From contig MEIE01000003.1 of assembly GCA_001750625.1 (NCBI GenBank), forward strand, positions 4,852 through 68,851: 64,000 nt of DNA. The letters are read 5' to 3'. The notes beneath the pieces were generated by a model. It made no database searches. It was not told the origin of the DNA and saw nothing but the letters and a program-made list of their open reading frames with translations. Source of the DNA: Candidatus Amphirhobacter heronislandensis. Lineage in GTDB: Bacteria > Pseudomonadota > Gammaproteobacteria > Tethybacterales > Tethybacteraceae. Each line of letters opens with the position of its first letter. Position 1 is the first letter of the stretch. The position numbers were made by a program, and so were the translations under genes. Positions 9,410-18,818 of this stretch are shown here, one piece after another.

Positions 9410-10122
9410 TGGCGGCGGCGGTGCGGCAGGTCTACCTCGACATCGAGACCACCGGCCTCAAGCCGGAGGAGGGGCACCGCATCGTCGAGCTCGGCGCGGT
9501 GGCCTACCTGGACGAGGAGCGCGGCGGCGAGCCGCGCGAGTACCGCCAGCTCGTCAACCCCCAGCGCGACGTCCCCGAGGAGGCGCGCAAGATCCACGGC
9601 ATCGGCGCCGAGGACCTCAAGGGCCAGCCGACGTTCGCGAAGGTCGCCGACGACTTTCTGGCCTTCGTCAAAGGCGCGAAGGTCTACGCCCACAACGCCG
9701 CCTTCGACGTCGGCTTCATCGACAGCGAGCTGCGCCGCCTCGACCGGGAACCGCTGGCGGCGACGGTCGCCGAGGTCGTCGACACCTACGCGATGGCGCG
9801 GCGGCAGAATCCGGGCGGCGCGAACTCGCTGGACGCGCTCGCGCGCCGCGCCGGCATCAACGTCGAGGAGCGCCGCAAGCTGCACGGCGCGCTGACCGAC
9901 GCGCGGCTACTGGCCGAGGTCCACGATTTCCTGACCCAGAAGCAGGACGACCTGAGCCTGGAGCAGGGCATCGAGCAGGACGTGGACATGGCGCAGGCCG
10001 CGTCGATCCGCCGCGTCACCCTGCCGCCCTCGCCGGCCGCCGCCGCCCGGAACAGGGAGTTCCTGCAGGCGCTGCGCCAGGCCTCGGGGGTGAAGCCGAT
10101 CCTGCTCGACGAGGAGGACTGA
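9409..10122 (+). CDS. dnaQ: DNA polymerase III epsilon subunit (proofreading 3'-5' exonuclease)
   Basis: The ATG at 9409 overlaps the rnhA stop (TGATG). ExoI is LDIETTGL, ExoII is HNAAFDVGF and ExoIII is HGALTDARLLAEV. This is the classic rnhA-dnaQ neighbourhood. Confidence 0.85.
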   Translation: MAAAVRQVYLDIETTGLKPEEGHRIVELGAVAYLDEERGGEPREYRQLVNPQRDVPEEARKIHGIGAEDLKGQPTFAKVADDFLAFVKGAKVYAHNAAFDVGFIDSELRRLDREPLAATVAEVVDTYAMARRQNPGGANSLDALARRAGINVEERRKLHGALTDARLLAEVHDFLTQKQDDLSLEQGIEQDVDMAQAASIRRVTLPPSPAAAARNREFLQALRQASGVKPILLDEED

Positions 10123-10130
10123 GGGGGCCG

Positions 10131-11477
10131 ATGCGCGTCCACGTCCTCGGGGTCTGCGGGACGTTCATGGCCGGCGTCGCGCTGCTGGCGCGGGAGCTGG
10201 GGCACGAGGTCGCCGGCTCCGACAAGGGCTGCTACGAGCCGATGGCCGGCCAGCTGCGCCGCGCCGGCGTCCGCTGGAAGGCGCCGCGCGGCGGCCAGCT
10301 GCCGCCGGCGGACCTGCATATAGTCGGCAACGCGGTCAGCCGCGGCGACCCGCAGCTCGAGGCGATCCTGCGCCGCGGCCTGCCGCACTGCTCGGGGCCC
10401 GAGTGGCTGCAGCGCGAGGTCCTGGCCCGGCGCGCCAAGGTGGTCATGGTGGCCGGGACGCACGGCAAGACGACGACTTCGACCATGCTGGTCCACGTCC
10501 TCGAGCGCCTGGGCTGGCGGCCGGGCTACCTGGTCGGCGGCCTGCCGGCGGGCGGCCTGCCGAGCGCGCGCCTCGGCGGCAAGAAGGTCGCGGTGGTCGA
10601 GGCCGACGAGTACGACACCGCCTGCTGGGACAAGCGGCCGAAGTTCGCGCACTACCGCGCCGACGTCGCGGTGCTCACCAACGTCGAGTTCGACCACGCC
10701 GACATCTATCCGGACCTCGCGGCGGTCAAGCGGCAGTTCGCGCTGCTGCCGCGCTACCTCAAGCCCGGCGGCTGCCTGCTGCGCAACGCCCGCGACCGCC
10801 ACAGCCGCGCCGCGGTCGCCCCGGCGCCGTGGTACGAGCTCGCCGCGTACAGCGATCCGCAGGGCCTGGCCATCGCCCGCAAGAGCCTGCGCGACCGCCG
10901 CCGCGGCCGCGACCGGCGGCTGCCGGCCGCGCCGCCGCCGGGCGCGCACAACCGCCTCAACTTCCTCGCGGCCGCCGCCGCCTGCGAGCGGCTGGGCATC
11001 CCCTTGGCGGCCGCCGCCGCGGCGCTGGCGGACTATGAGCTGCCGGCGCGGCGGCTGCAGCGCCTCGCCGCGGCGCCCTGCCTGCTGTACGACGACTTCG
11101 CCCACCATCCGACCGCGATCGCGGCCACCCTGGCGACGCTGCGCGAGCTGCATCCGGCGCAGCGCATCACGGCGCTGCTGGAGCCGGGCTCGAACACCAT
11201 GCGCATGGGCCGCTGGCGGACGCGCCTCGCGCCGGCGCTGCGCGCGGCCGACCGGGTGCGGGTCTACGCCGCCGGCCTGGACTGGGACGTCGCGGCGGCG
11301 CTGCGGCCGCTGGGGAAGCGGGCGCGGATCGAGACGGACGCCGCGCGGCTGCAGGCGGAGCTGCTGCGCGAGCTGCGCGCCGGCGAGGTCGTGGTGATGC
11401 TGTCGAACGGCTCCTTCGGCGGCCTGCGGGAGACGCTGCCGCGGGCGCTGGCTAGAATAAAGAAACTGCCCCAATGA
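10131..11477 (+). CDS. mpl: UDP-N-acetylmuramate:L-alanyl-gamma-D-glutamyl-meso-diaminopimelate ligase
   Basis: 448-aa Mur-ligase ORF starting MRVHVLGVCGTFMAGVALLA, with the ATP site GTHGKTTT. Confidence 0.85.
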   Translation: MRVHVLGVCGTFMAGVALLARELGHEVAGSDKGCYEPMAGQLRRAGVRWKAPRGGQLPPADLHIVGNAVSRGDPQLEAILRRGLPHCSGPEWLQREVLARRAKVVMVAGTHGKTTTSTMLVHVLERLGWRPGYLVGGLPAGGLPSARLGGKKVAVVEADEYDTACWDKRPKFAHYRADVAVLTNVEFDHADIYPDLAAVKRQFALLPRYLKPGGCLLRNARDRHSRAAVAPAPWYELAAYSDPQGLAIARKSLRDRRRGRDRRLPAAPPPGAHNRLNFLAAAAACERLGIPLAAAAAALADYELPARRLQRLAAAPCLLYDDFAHHPTAIAATLATLRELHPAQRITALLEPGSNTMRMGRWRTRLAPALRAADRVRVYAAGLDWDVAAALRPLGKRARIETDAARLQAELLRELRAGEVVVMLSNGSFGGLRETLPRALARIKKLPQ

Positions 11478-12274
11478 TTGTCGACGCCATCGTCATCCTC
11501 GCGGTCGCCGCGCTGGGCTTCTACGGCCTCATCGACGCCGGCCCGCGCGACTGGTGGGCGGACGCGCTCGGCCGCTGGCACGCTTACGTCCGGGGCTGGC
11601 AGGCGGCGCTGCCGGTGGCCTGGATCGCCGCGGTCGCCCTGCCGGCGGCGGCGGCGCTCGCGATCGACCTGCTGCTGCGCTACGAGGCGCACCTGGCCTT
11701 CGAGGGCCTGTACGGCTTCGCGGTCCTGCTGGCGGCCTCGGCGCTGGGCTCGTTCAGCAGCCGGCACCGCGAGCTGCTCAAGCACCTGTACGCGAACGAC
11801 GCCGACCGGGTCGCGCAGGCCGCGGACAGCTGGGACAACGAGGCCGGCGGCGTGGTCGACGGCGAGGGCAGCATGGTCCCGCGCATGCTCGGCCTGTGCG
11901 CGAGCAAGCTGCACGAGGACGTGCTGCTGCCGGTGCTGGCCTACGCGGTCCTCGGGCCCTTCGGCGCGATGCTGGCCTTCGGCCACCAGCAGTTCGCCGC
12001 CGGCGCCTCCGCCGAGCACAAGGCGGCGCTGCGGCCGCTGCTGGCCTGGACGGCGGCGCCGAGCATCCTGATCTTCGCGGTCTGCGGCAACATGGTCCCG
12101 GCGCTCGCGACCCTGGCCGGCCTCGACGTCCGCCGCGCGGCGCTGGCCGCGACCGACAGCGGCGGCGCGACCGTCGACATCGAGAAGGTGCCCGACTTCG
12201 GCCGCTTCATCGTCCGCTCGCTCGCCTTCGGCGTCGGCGGGACGGTGCTCGCCCTGCTGCTGCTAGCCGCCTGA
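11474..12274 (+). CDS. Polytopic membrane protein, possibly AmpE/CobD-family
   Basis: 266-aa hydrophobic ORF translationally coupled to mpl (ATGA). The segment LLPVLAYAVLGPFGAMLAF resembles the AmpE/CobD core. The family assignment is tentative. Confidence 0.4.
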   Translation: MIVDAIVILAVAALGFYGLIDAGPRDWWADALGRWHAYVRGWQAALPVAWIAAVALPAAAALAIDLLLRYEAHLAFEGLYGFAVLLAASALGSFSSRHRELLKHLYANDADRVAQAADSWDNEAGGVVDGEGSMVPRMLGLCASKLHEDVLLPVLAYAVLGPFGAMLAFGHQQFAAGASAEHKAALRPLLAWTAAPSILIFAVCGNMVPALATLAGLDVRRAALAATDSGGATVDIEKVPDFGRFIVRSLAFGVGGTVLALLLLAA

Positions 12275-12949
12275 GGCCTCGGCCCGCGCCTGCGCGAGCC
12301 GCTCCGGCGTCCCGGCGTCGCGCCAGCCGCCGTCCCACGCCAGCCCGGCGAGGGCGCCGCGCGCGATCGCGTCCTCCCACAGCGGCCGCATGGACGCCGG
12401 CATCCCCGGCTCTAAGGATGAGAACAGCCGCTTGCGGTACAGCGCCGCGCCGACGTAGCTGCGGCGGGGCCCGCCGCCGGCGAAGGAAACCCGGCCGCCG
12501 CGCAGGCTGAAGTCGCCGCGGCGCTGGTCGGGGGGCTTGGGGCCGAGGACGAGCAGGCCGTCGGCGCCGCCGAGGGCGGCGGGATCCAGCAGGCCGAAAT
12601 CGAAGTCGCTGACGGTGTCGGCGTTCGCGACGATGAACGGATCGGTGCCGAGCAGCGGCAGGGCGGCCGCGACGCCGCCGCCGACGCCGAGCAGCTCGGC
12701 TTCGACCGAATAGCTCACATGCAGGCCGCAGGCGGAGCCGTCGCCGATGGCGTCCATGACCTTGGCGGCGTGGTGGTGGACGTTGATCACGCAGTGCCGG
12801 ACGCCGGCGGCGGCGAGGCGCCGCAGCAGGCGCTCGAGCAGGCTGCGGCCGCCGACGCGCAGCAGCGGCTTGGGCGTGCTGGCGCCGAGCGCGCCGAGCC
12901 GCGTCCCGAGCCCGGCGGCGAGGACGAAGGCCGCCGGCGCCCTAGCCAT
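12263..12949 (-). CDS. murU: N-acetylmuramate alpha-1-phosphate uridylyltransferase-like nucleotidyltransferase
   Basis: 228-aa ORF with the sugar-nucleotidyltransferase motif LAAGLGTRLG...PKPLL. It is coupled to an upstream kinase gene and diverges from lptD, as in the known amgK-murU arrangement. Confidence 0.7.
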   Translation of the reverse strand: MARAPAAFVLAAGLGTRLGALGASTPKPLLRVGGRSLLERLLRRLAAAGVRHCVINVHHHAAKVMDAIGDGSACGLHVSYSVEAELLGVGGGVAAALPLLGTDPFIVANADTVSDFDFGLLDPAALGGADGLLVLGPKPPDQRRGDFSLRGGRVSFAGGGPRRSYVGAALYRKRLFSSLEPGMPASMRPLWEDAIARGALAGLAWDGGWRDAGTPERLAQARAEASGG

Positions 12950-13928
12950 GGACGCGGCGCTCGATGAGCAGCGCCAATGGGCGCAGCTCGCGGTAGCGCA
13001 GGGCGATGGCGTGGACCATCGTCTCGCACTTGGGGACGTGGGCCTCGAAGCCGGGGCGGCCGCGGTCGCGCTCGAGGAAGACGAACTGGCCGAGGATCTT
13101 GACCAGCCGCTGCAGCGCGGTCCATTCGTAGTCCTCGAAGTAGGCGCCGAAGTCGGCCGGCGCCGGCAGGCCGCGGGCCCGCAGCAGCTCCCAGTGCCGC
13201 GCGAGCAGGTCGAGCTTCTCCTCCTCCTCGAAGCCGGCGTACAGGTCGTGCAGCAAGGACGCCGCGTCGTAGCACAGCGGTCCGGCCAGCATCGCGGCGT
13301 AGTCGATCACGCCCGGCCCCTCGGCGAGCGCGAAGATGTTGCGCGAGTGCCAGTCGCGGTGGCAGGGGACGAAAGGCTGCGCGCAGAACCGCTGTTGCAG
13401 CGCGGCGGCGACCGCGGCGTAGGCGTTGGCCTCGTCCTCGTCCAGCGGCTGGCCGCGGTAGGCATCGGCGTACCATTTCGGCAGGTAAGAGGCTTCCTTG
13501 GCGAGCAGCGTGGCGTCGAAGCGCGGCAGGCCCTCGGCCGTGACGGCGTTGATGCGGGCGCCGGCCTCCCAGGCGTCCTCGTACAGGCGGCGGCGGTCGA
13601 CGCCGTCCTCGCGCAGCGCGGCGCTGTACAGCCGGTCGCCGAAGTCCTCGATGACGGCGTAGCCGCGCGCGGGCTCGGCGGCGTGGACGGCGGGGACGCG
13701 AACGCCGGCGTCGGCTAAAATTTTCCCTCTGCCGATGAACATTTCCAGGGCCGCGGGGCCGTCAGCCGCCATGGCCAGCTTTTTCTCGGCTCCGCCGTCG
13801 AGCCGGTAGTAGCGCGTGGGACTCGCGTCCGCCGCCACGGGCTCGCAGGCCGGCGCCCGGCCCAGCGCCGCTTCGAGCCACGCCAGCAGTTCGTCCTCGG
13901 GGTCTGGCGGCGCGGCGGCGGCGGTCAT
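12942..13928 (-). CDS. amgK: Aminoglycoside-phosphotransferase-fold kinase (anomeric MurNAc/GlcNAc kinase-like)
   Basis: APH-fold motifs HRDWHSRNIF and VIDYAAM. I place the start at the internal ATG 13928 (MTAAAAPPDPEDELLAWLE), not the track start at 14027. Confidence 0.65.
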   Translation of the reverse strand: MTAAAAPPDPEDELLAWLEAALGRAPACEPVAADASPTRYYRLDGGAEKKLAMAADGPAALEMFIGRGKILADAGVRVPAVHAAEPARGYAVIEDFGDRLYSAALREDGVDRRRLYEDAWEAGARINAVTAEGLPRFDATLLAKEASYLPKWYADAYRGQPLDEDEANAYAAVAAALQQRFCAQPFVPCHRDWHSRNIFALAEGPGVIDYAAMLAGPLCYDAASLLHDLYAGFEEEEKLDLLARHWELLRARGLPAPADFGAYFEDYEWTALQRLVKILGQFVFLERDRGRPGFEAHVPKCETMVHAIALRYRELRPLALLIERRVHG

Positions 13929-16176
13929 ATCCCTTGCGATTCTATTGCTGGCCGCAGCGCCGGCGGCGCGGGCGCAGCTGGGCGACATCCAGCTCGAAGC
14001 CGACGAGATCGAGGGCGAGGCCGGCACCGAGATGCGCGCGGTCGGCGCGGTGCTGCGCTTCCGCGGCGTGACGCTCGAGGCCGGCGAGCTGCGCTTTGAC
14101 AGCGCGGCCGGCTGGGTGGTCGCCGAGCAGGGCGTGGTCCTGACCGATCCGGCGGGCTACGAGCTGCGCGCCGACGAGCTCGACTACTTCCCGCTGGTCG
14201 GCACCGCGAAGGCGGTCGGCGCCGTCGAGTTCAGCGGCCCGGACGGGACGACGCTGCAGGCGGGCGCGATCGACTTCGACGTCAGGGCCGAGGTCCTGCG
14301 CATCGGCGACGGCCTGCGCTACGAGGATCCGGCCGGCTACGTGATCGAGGCCGCGGGGATGGAGTACGACCTCGCCGCGCGGGAGGGCTTCGCGGTCGCG
14401 GTGACGCTGCTCGCGCCGGACACGACCGGAGCGGTGACCGCCGGCCGCGTCGAGCTCAGCCCGGCGCGCTACGCGCTCGAAGACGCGAGCTTCACCAGCT
14501 GCATGCCCGACGACCCGGACTGGCTGCTGACGGCGCGCGCGATCAGCGTCGAGGACGGCACCCTGCAGGCCGAAGGCGCCGTGCTGCGGGTGCTCGACCT
14601 GCCGGTGATGTACCTGCCGTCGCTGAGCACCAAGCTGGTCAAGCAGCGCCGCAGCGGCTTCCTGGCGCCCGAGGTGGTGGTGCACTCGGGCGGCGAGACC
14701 AGCATCGAGCAGCCCTTCTATTTGAACTTCGCGCCGAACTACGACGCGATCGCGAGCGCGCGCTTCATCAACGGCGGCGGGGTCTACGGCCGGCTCAACG
14801 GCCGCTGGCTGTTCGCCGACGCGGCGGGGACCGCCGAGATCGGCGGCATCCACGACGAGCGCGGCGAGGTCCTGCGCGGCAACTATTCGCTGCGCGAGGG
14901 CCGCGGGCTTGGCCGCGGCCTGCGGCTGACGCTGGCGGCGGACTGGCTGTCGGACGACGATTTCGCCGACGATTTTTTCATCGGCGACGCGACCGCGCGG
15001 CGCCACTACGCCAAGGAGGCGCGGCTGTACTACGACGACGGCCGCGACAGCTACGGGCTCGCGGTGGTCGACTACCAGACCATTCAAGAAGAGGACGGCG
15101 TGGTCGAGCGGCCGTACGGCTCGCTGCCGCGGCTGTGGCTGGGGACGCGGCGGCAGGCCTGGGAAGGCCGGACCAGCTTCGATTATTTCACCCGCGGCGA
15201 GGACGATCCGCGCGAGGGTTTCCGGCTGCACTCGGACGTGGCGGTCAACGGCCGCGCCTGGGTGGGCCTGAACTCGGTGGACGCGCGGCTGGGCGTCGCG
15301 AACTCGGTCTACGAGCACGAGGACCTCAACTGGACGGTGCCCTACGCCGAGCTGCGGCTGCGGCGCAAGTACCAGGGGGCCTTCGAGCTCGGCGACGCGG
15401 GCTACGCGCAGCTGCTCGAGCCCAGCCTGTTCCTCGGCCTGGTGCGGCAGGAGGACTTCAGCGACGTGCCGCTGTACGACACCAAGGCCGCCGAGTTCAG
15501 CGCGCAGGACCTGTACCAGGTCAACTCCTACATCGGCGGCGACCGCTTCGAGGACGCCAACCTGCTGGCCTACGGCCTGTCGACCTACGTCTGGCAGCGC
15601 GCCGGCCGCCGCGAGTTCCTCGAGGCCCACGTCGCGCAGCGCTACAGGTTCGAGGACTCCAAGGTGGTGACCACGGCCGACGACCCGCCGCCGGACGCGG
15701 GCTTTTCGAACGTGGTGGTCGAGGGCAGCCTGTACCCGAACGAGGCCAACGCCCTGCGCAGCCGCTTCGAGTGGGATCCGGACGCCGACGCCCTGGGCCA
15801 GGTCGCGGTGGCCTACCAGCACCGCGCGCCGGCCGGCGACAGCTACGCGATGCGCTACGTCCGCAACGCCGACGAGGCGCAGGACAACGACGACGGCCAG
15901 GCGAGCGTCGGCGCCTACCGCAGCTTCGGGGCGAACTGGCGGGTGACCGGCGACGTGACCTACGACATCGAGGAAAGCCAGATGAGCCGGCTGCTGGGCG
16001 GCATGCGCTTCTTGTCGAGCTGCCGCTGCTGGAGCGCGGACTTCTACGTCGAGCGCGAGCCGCTGGCCGAACGCGACCGGACGACCTATTTCGTCCAGAT
16101 GAACCTGATGGGCCTGGGCGGCTTCGGCGAGGGCCGCTTCGACCGGGCGGCGGCTAAGATACGGGAGCGGATATGA
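13816..16176 (+). CDS. lptD: LPS-assembly outer-membrane protein LptD
   Basis: 786-aa ORF with a signal-like LAILLLAAAPAARAQ, an OstA-like N-domain and a large C-terminal beta-barrel region. The start is uncertain: GTG 13816 would overlap amgK divergently, and no ATG lies near the signal peptide. Confidence 0.8.
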   Translation: MGLASAATGSQAGARPSAASSHASSSSSGSGGAAAAVISLAILLLAAAPAARAQLGDIQLEADEIEGEAGTEMRAVGAVLRFRGVTLEAGELRFDSAAGWVVAEQGVVLTDPAGYELRADELDYFPLVGTAKAVGAVEFSGPDGTTLQAGAIDFDVRAEVLRIGDGLRYEDPAGYVIEAAGMEYDLAAREGFAVAVTLLAPDTTGAVTAGRVELSPARYALEDASFTSCMPDDPDWLLTARAISVEDGTLQAEGAVLRVLDLPVMYLPSLSTKLVKQRRSGFLAPEVVVHSGGETSIEQPFYLNFAPNYDAIASARFINGGGVYGRLNGRWLFADAAGTAEIGGIHDERGEVLRGNYSLREGRGLGRGLRLTLAADWLSDDDFADDFFIGDATARRHYAKEARLYYDDGRDSYGLAVVDYQTIQEEDGVVERPYGSLPRLWLGTRRQAWEGRTSFDYFTRGEDDPREGFRLHSDVAVNGRAWVGLNSVDARLGVANSVYEHEDLNWTVPYAELRLRRKYQGAFELGDAGYAQLLEPSLFLGLVRQEDFSDVPLYDTKAAEFSAQDLYQVNSYIGGDRFEDANLLAYGLSTYVWQRAGRREFLEAHVAQRYRFEDSKVVTTADDPPPDAGFSNVVVEGSLYPNEANALRSRFEWDPDADALGQVAVAYQHRAPAGDSYAMRYVRNADEAQDNDDGQASVGAYRSFGANWRVTGDVTYDIEESQMSRLLGGMRFLSSCRCWSADFYVEREPLAERDRTTYFVQMNLMGLGGFGEGRFDRAAAKIRERI

Positions 16177-16850
16177 GCGAAAACGTCTTCGACGCCAAGG
16201 GCTGGTGGGACCCGCAGGGCAAGCACCGCCTGCTGCACGTCTTCAACCCGACCCGGACCGGCTACGTCGAGCGCGTCTGCGAGGGCCTGGCAGGCAAGGA
16301 GGTCCTCGACGCCGGCTGCGGCGGCGGCATCTTCGCCGAGGCGCTGGCGCGGTCCGGCGCCAAGGTCACCGGCATCGACGCCTCTGCCGGCGCGATCGAA
16401 GCGGCCCGCGAGCACGCCAAGGCCGAGGGCCTGGACATAAGCTACGAGGAGGCTGGCATCGAGGACTACCAGCGGGAGAAGAAGTTCGACGCGGTGGTGT
16501 GCATGGAGATGCTCGAGCACGTCGCGGCGCCGGCGCAGGCGGTCGCGGCGCTGGCGGGACTGCTGAAGCCCGGCGGCGACCTGGTGACCGGGACGATCAA
16601 CCGGACGCCCTTCGCCTATCTGGTGATGATCGTCGGCCTCGAGCAGGTCACCGGCCTGATCCCGCGCGGGACGCACGAGTACAAGGCCTTCCTCAAGCCC
16701 GACGAGATCGCGTCATGGTGCGCGGACGCCGGCCTGCGGGTCAAGGACGTCGCCGGCGCGAATTGGGACTTCTTCGCGAAGGATTTCCGCCTGTCGGCGA
16801 CCCGCATGCCGATGAACTACTTCCTGCACGCCCGCAAGGAGGAGAAATGA
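16173..16850 (+). CDS. ubiG: Bifunctional 3-demethylubiquinol 3-O-methyltransferase
   Basis: 225-aa ORF with SAM motif I VLDAGCGGGIFAEALA and MEMLEHV. It overlaps the lptD stop (ATGA). Confidence 0.85.
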   Translation: MSENVFDAKGWWDPQGKHRLLHVFNPTRTGYVERVCEGLAGKEVLDAGCGGGIFAEALARSGAKVTGIDASAGAIEAAREHAKAEGLDISYEEAGIEDYQREKKFDAVVCMEMLEHVAAPAQAVAALAGLLKPGGDLVTGTINRTPFAYLVMIVGLEQVTGLIPRGTHEYKAFLKPDEIASWCADAGLRVKDVAGANWDFFAKDFRLSATRMPMNYFLHARKEEK

Positions 16851-17485
16851 CGGCGACGCGCGCGGTGCTGTTCGACCTCGACGGCACCCTGATCGACACC
16901 GGCCGCGACCTGCTCGCGGCCCTCAACGCCCTGCGCGCCGAACGCGGCCTGCCGGCGCTGGACTTCGAGGCGGTCAAGTACCTCGTCGGCCACGGCTCGC
17001 GGCGGCTGATGCAGGAGCACCTGATGGAGGAGGGCGACGAGCTCGAGCCGCTGCGCGAGCGCTTCTTGGTCGAGTACGACCGCGCCGGCCACGCCCAGTC
17101 CAAGCTGTTCGACGGCATGCAGGAGGTCCTCGACCACCTGGCCGCCGCGGGCCTGCCATGGGCGATTGTCACCAACAAGCCGACCAAACAGACCGAGGAC
17201 CTGCTGGGCAAGCTGGATCTGCGGCCGGCGCCGTCCCACGTGGTGTGCTCGGACACCCTGCCGCGGCACAAGCCCTATCCCGACGGGCTGCTGCACGTCT
17301 GCAAGGAGCTGGGCGTGGAGCCGGCGGCCTGCTTCTACGTCGGCGACAACGACCTCGACGTGAGGGCCTCGGGCGCCTGCGGCATGCCGTTCCTGGCCGC
17401 CGGCTGGGGCTACTGGGAGCCGGACAAGCCCGCCGAGCGGCTGCTGGCGCGGCCGCAGGAGATCATCGCCGCGCTCGCCTCCTAG
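16847..17485 (+). CDS. gph: Phosphoglycolate phosphatase (HAD family)
   Basis: Starts MTATRAVLFDLDGTLIDT (HAD motif I) and also has VTNKP and GDNDLDV. This is the conserved ubiG-gph pairing. Confidence 0.8.
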   Translation: MTATRAVLFDLDGTLIDTGRDLLAALNALRAERGLPALDFEAVKYLVGHGSRRLMQEHLMEEGDELEPLRERFLVEYDRAGHAQSKLFDGMQEVLDHLAAAGLPWAIVTNKPTKQTEDLLGKLDLRPAPSHVVCSDTLPRHKPYPDGLLHVCKELGVEPAACFYVGDNDLDVRASGACGMPFLAAGWGYWEPDKPAERLLARPQEIIAALAS

Positions 17486-17529
17486 GGCGCGCGGCGGCGT
17501 TTGGGTATATAATTGCGCCTTCCAAAGCA

Positions 17530-17808
17530 ATGGCCAACAGCAACCAAGCCGACAAGCGCGCCCGCCAGAACGTGGCGCACCGCGCCCGCAACGTGGTGTA
17601 CCGGACCCGGTTCCGGACCTTCCAGAAGCGGGTGGTCAAGGCGGTCCAGGCCAAGGACCAGGACCAGGCCAAGGCCTGCTACGCGGCCTTCGTCCCGATC
17701 GCGGACGCGACCGCGGGCAAGGGCGTGATCCATCCGAACAAGGCGGCCCGCATCAAGAGCCGCCTCAACGCCATGGTCAAGGGCATGGCGGCGGCCAAAG
17801 CCAAGTAA
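17530..17808 (+). CDS. rpsT: 30S ribosomal protein S20
   Basis: 92-aa product starting MANSNQADKRARQNVAHRARN. A TATAAT box sits at 17508-17513. Confidence 0.9.
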   Translation: MANSNQADKRARQNVAHRARNVVYRTRFRTFQKRVVKAVQAKDQDQAKACYAAFVPIADATAGKGVIHPNKAARIKSRLNAMVKGMAAAKAK

Positions 17809-17830
17809 AACCGCGCGCAGGCCGCCAGGC

Positions 17831-18358
17831 ATGCGGCACGTTTTCTTCGATATCGAGACCACGGGCTTCAACCACGCCCAGGGCGACCGCATAGTCTCGA
17901 TCGGAGCGGTCGCCTACCCGGACGGCGGCCTCGAGCGCGGCACCGAGGAGATCTACTACCAGGAGATCAACCCCGAGCGGGAGATCCCCGAGCGTTCGAT
18001 CGAGATCCACGGCCTGACGGCCGAGATGCTGGCGGACAAGCCGGTGTTCGCCGAGGTCGCCGACGCGATGCTGGCCTTCGTCGACAACGCGGTGCTGTAC
18101 GCCCACAACGGCTACGCCTTCGACTTTCCTTTCGTCAACGCCGCGCTCGAGTACATCGACAAGCCGCAGCTCGAAGAGGTGATCGCGCACTCGGTGGACA
18201 CGGTGCTGCTGGCGCGGGACATCTACCCGGGCCAGCGCAACGGCCTCGACCATCTGATCGCGCGGGCGGGTCTCGAGGGCAGGGGCGTCCACAGCGCCTT
18301 GGAGGACGCCAGGCTGCTGGCGCAGGTCTACAAGATGCTGCTGCGGGAAGCTGATTGA
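17831..18358 (+). CDS. Stand-alone DEDDh 3'-5' exonuclease (DnaQ-like paralog)
   Basis: 175-aa ORF. ExoI is FFDIETTGF, ExoII is HNGYAFDFPF and ExoIII is HSALEDARLLAQVY. Confidence 0.75.
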   Translation: MRHVFFDIETTGFNHAQGDRIVSIGAVAYPDGGLERGTEEIYYQEINPEREIPERSIEIHGLTAEMLADKPVFAEVADAMLAFVDNAVLYAHNGYAFDFPFVNAALEYIDKPQLEEVIAHSVDTVLLARDIYPGQRNGLDHLIARAGLEGRGVHSALEDARLLAQVYKMLLREAD

Positions 18359-18651
18359 TCAAATCCGGGGCTGTAGCCGCCGCCCTTCCTGCGAAAGCCA
18401 GCAGGATATGGTATGATTGGCGTGTGACGGCCTTGCTTCTGATAGTGCTGCTAGTGAGCTTCGCGGCTCTGTACGGGCGTTTTGCGCGGGCGGACGAAAA
18501 GAAGGTCCAGTGGTGCCTGCGCCGCCTGCAGGAAAAACGCAATCCTCTCAACCAGATAGTTCATCCTCCCGGATATGCCGGGGCGATGCTGGTGGCGATC
18601 TGGCGGGACAGGGAAGTTGAAGACGTGGATGACGCAGACTCCCGTACATGA
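18355..18651 (+). CDS. Hypothetical small membrane protein
   Basis: 98-codon ORF with a TTG start overlapping the exonuclease stop. It has one predicted TM helix (VTALLLIVLLVSFAALY). GC is visibly lower than the flanking core genes and I recognise no homology. Confidence 0.3.
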   Translation: MIKSGAVAAALPAKASRIWYDWRVTALLLIVLLVSFAALYGRFARADEKKVQWCLRRLQEKRNPLNQIVHPPGYAGAMLVAIWRDREVEDVDDADSRT

Positions 18652-18671
18652 TCCAGTTCAGCTGTCGCTGG

Positions 18672-18710
18672 CACAATCTTTTCGTTCGTTTTTCTGAGAA
18701 AAAGATTGTG
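18672..18710. repeat. Perfect 11-bp inverted repeat (CACAATCTTTT / AAAAGATTGTG) with a 17-nt loop, possibly a terminator
   Basis: The arms lie at 18672-18682 and 18700-18710 and are followed by ATTTCTTCAT. The repeat sits in the AT-rich spacer just after the 98-codon ORF. Confidence 0.4.
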
Positions 18711-18801
18711 ATTTCTTCATCTAAATACGTGAATTACAATTATATTTCACAACAAATCAAATCATAAATTGAGCGTTTAGATGCATAAATTGCCAGGATA
18801 A

Positions 18802-18810
18802 TGCTATAAT
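18802..18810 (+). promoter_or_regulatory. Extended -10 promoter element (TGcTATAAT) for the island ATPase
   Basis: TG at 18802-18803 and TATAAT at 18805-18810, only 8 nt before the ATG at 18819. There is no Shine-Dalgarno sequence, which implies a leaderless or near-leaderless mRNA. Confidence 0.35.
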
Positions 18811-18818
18811 TTGGCATC

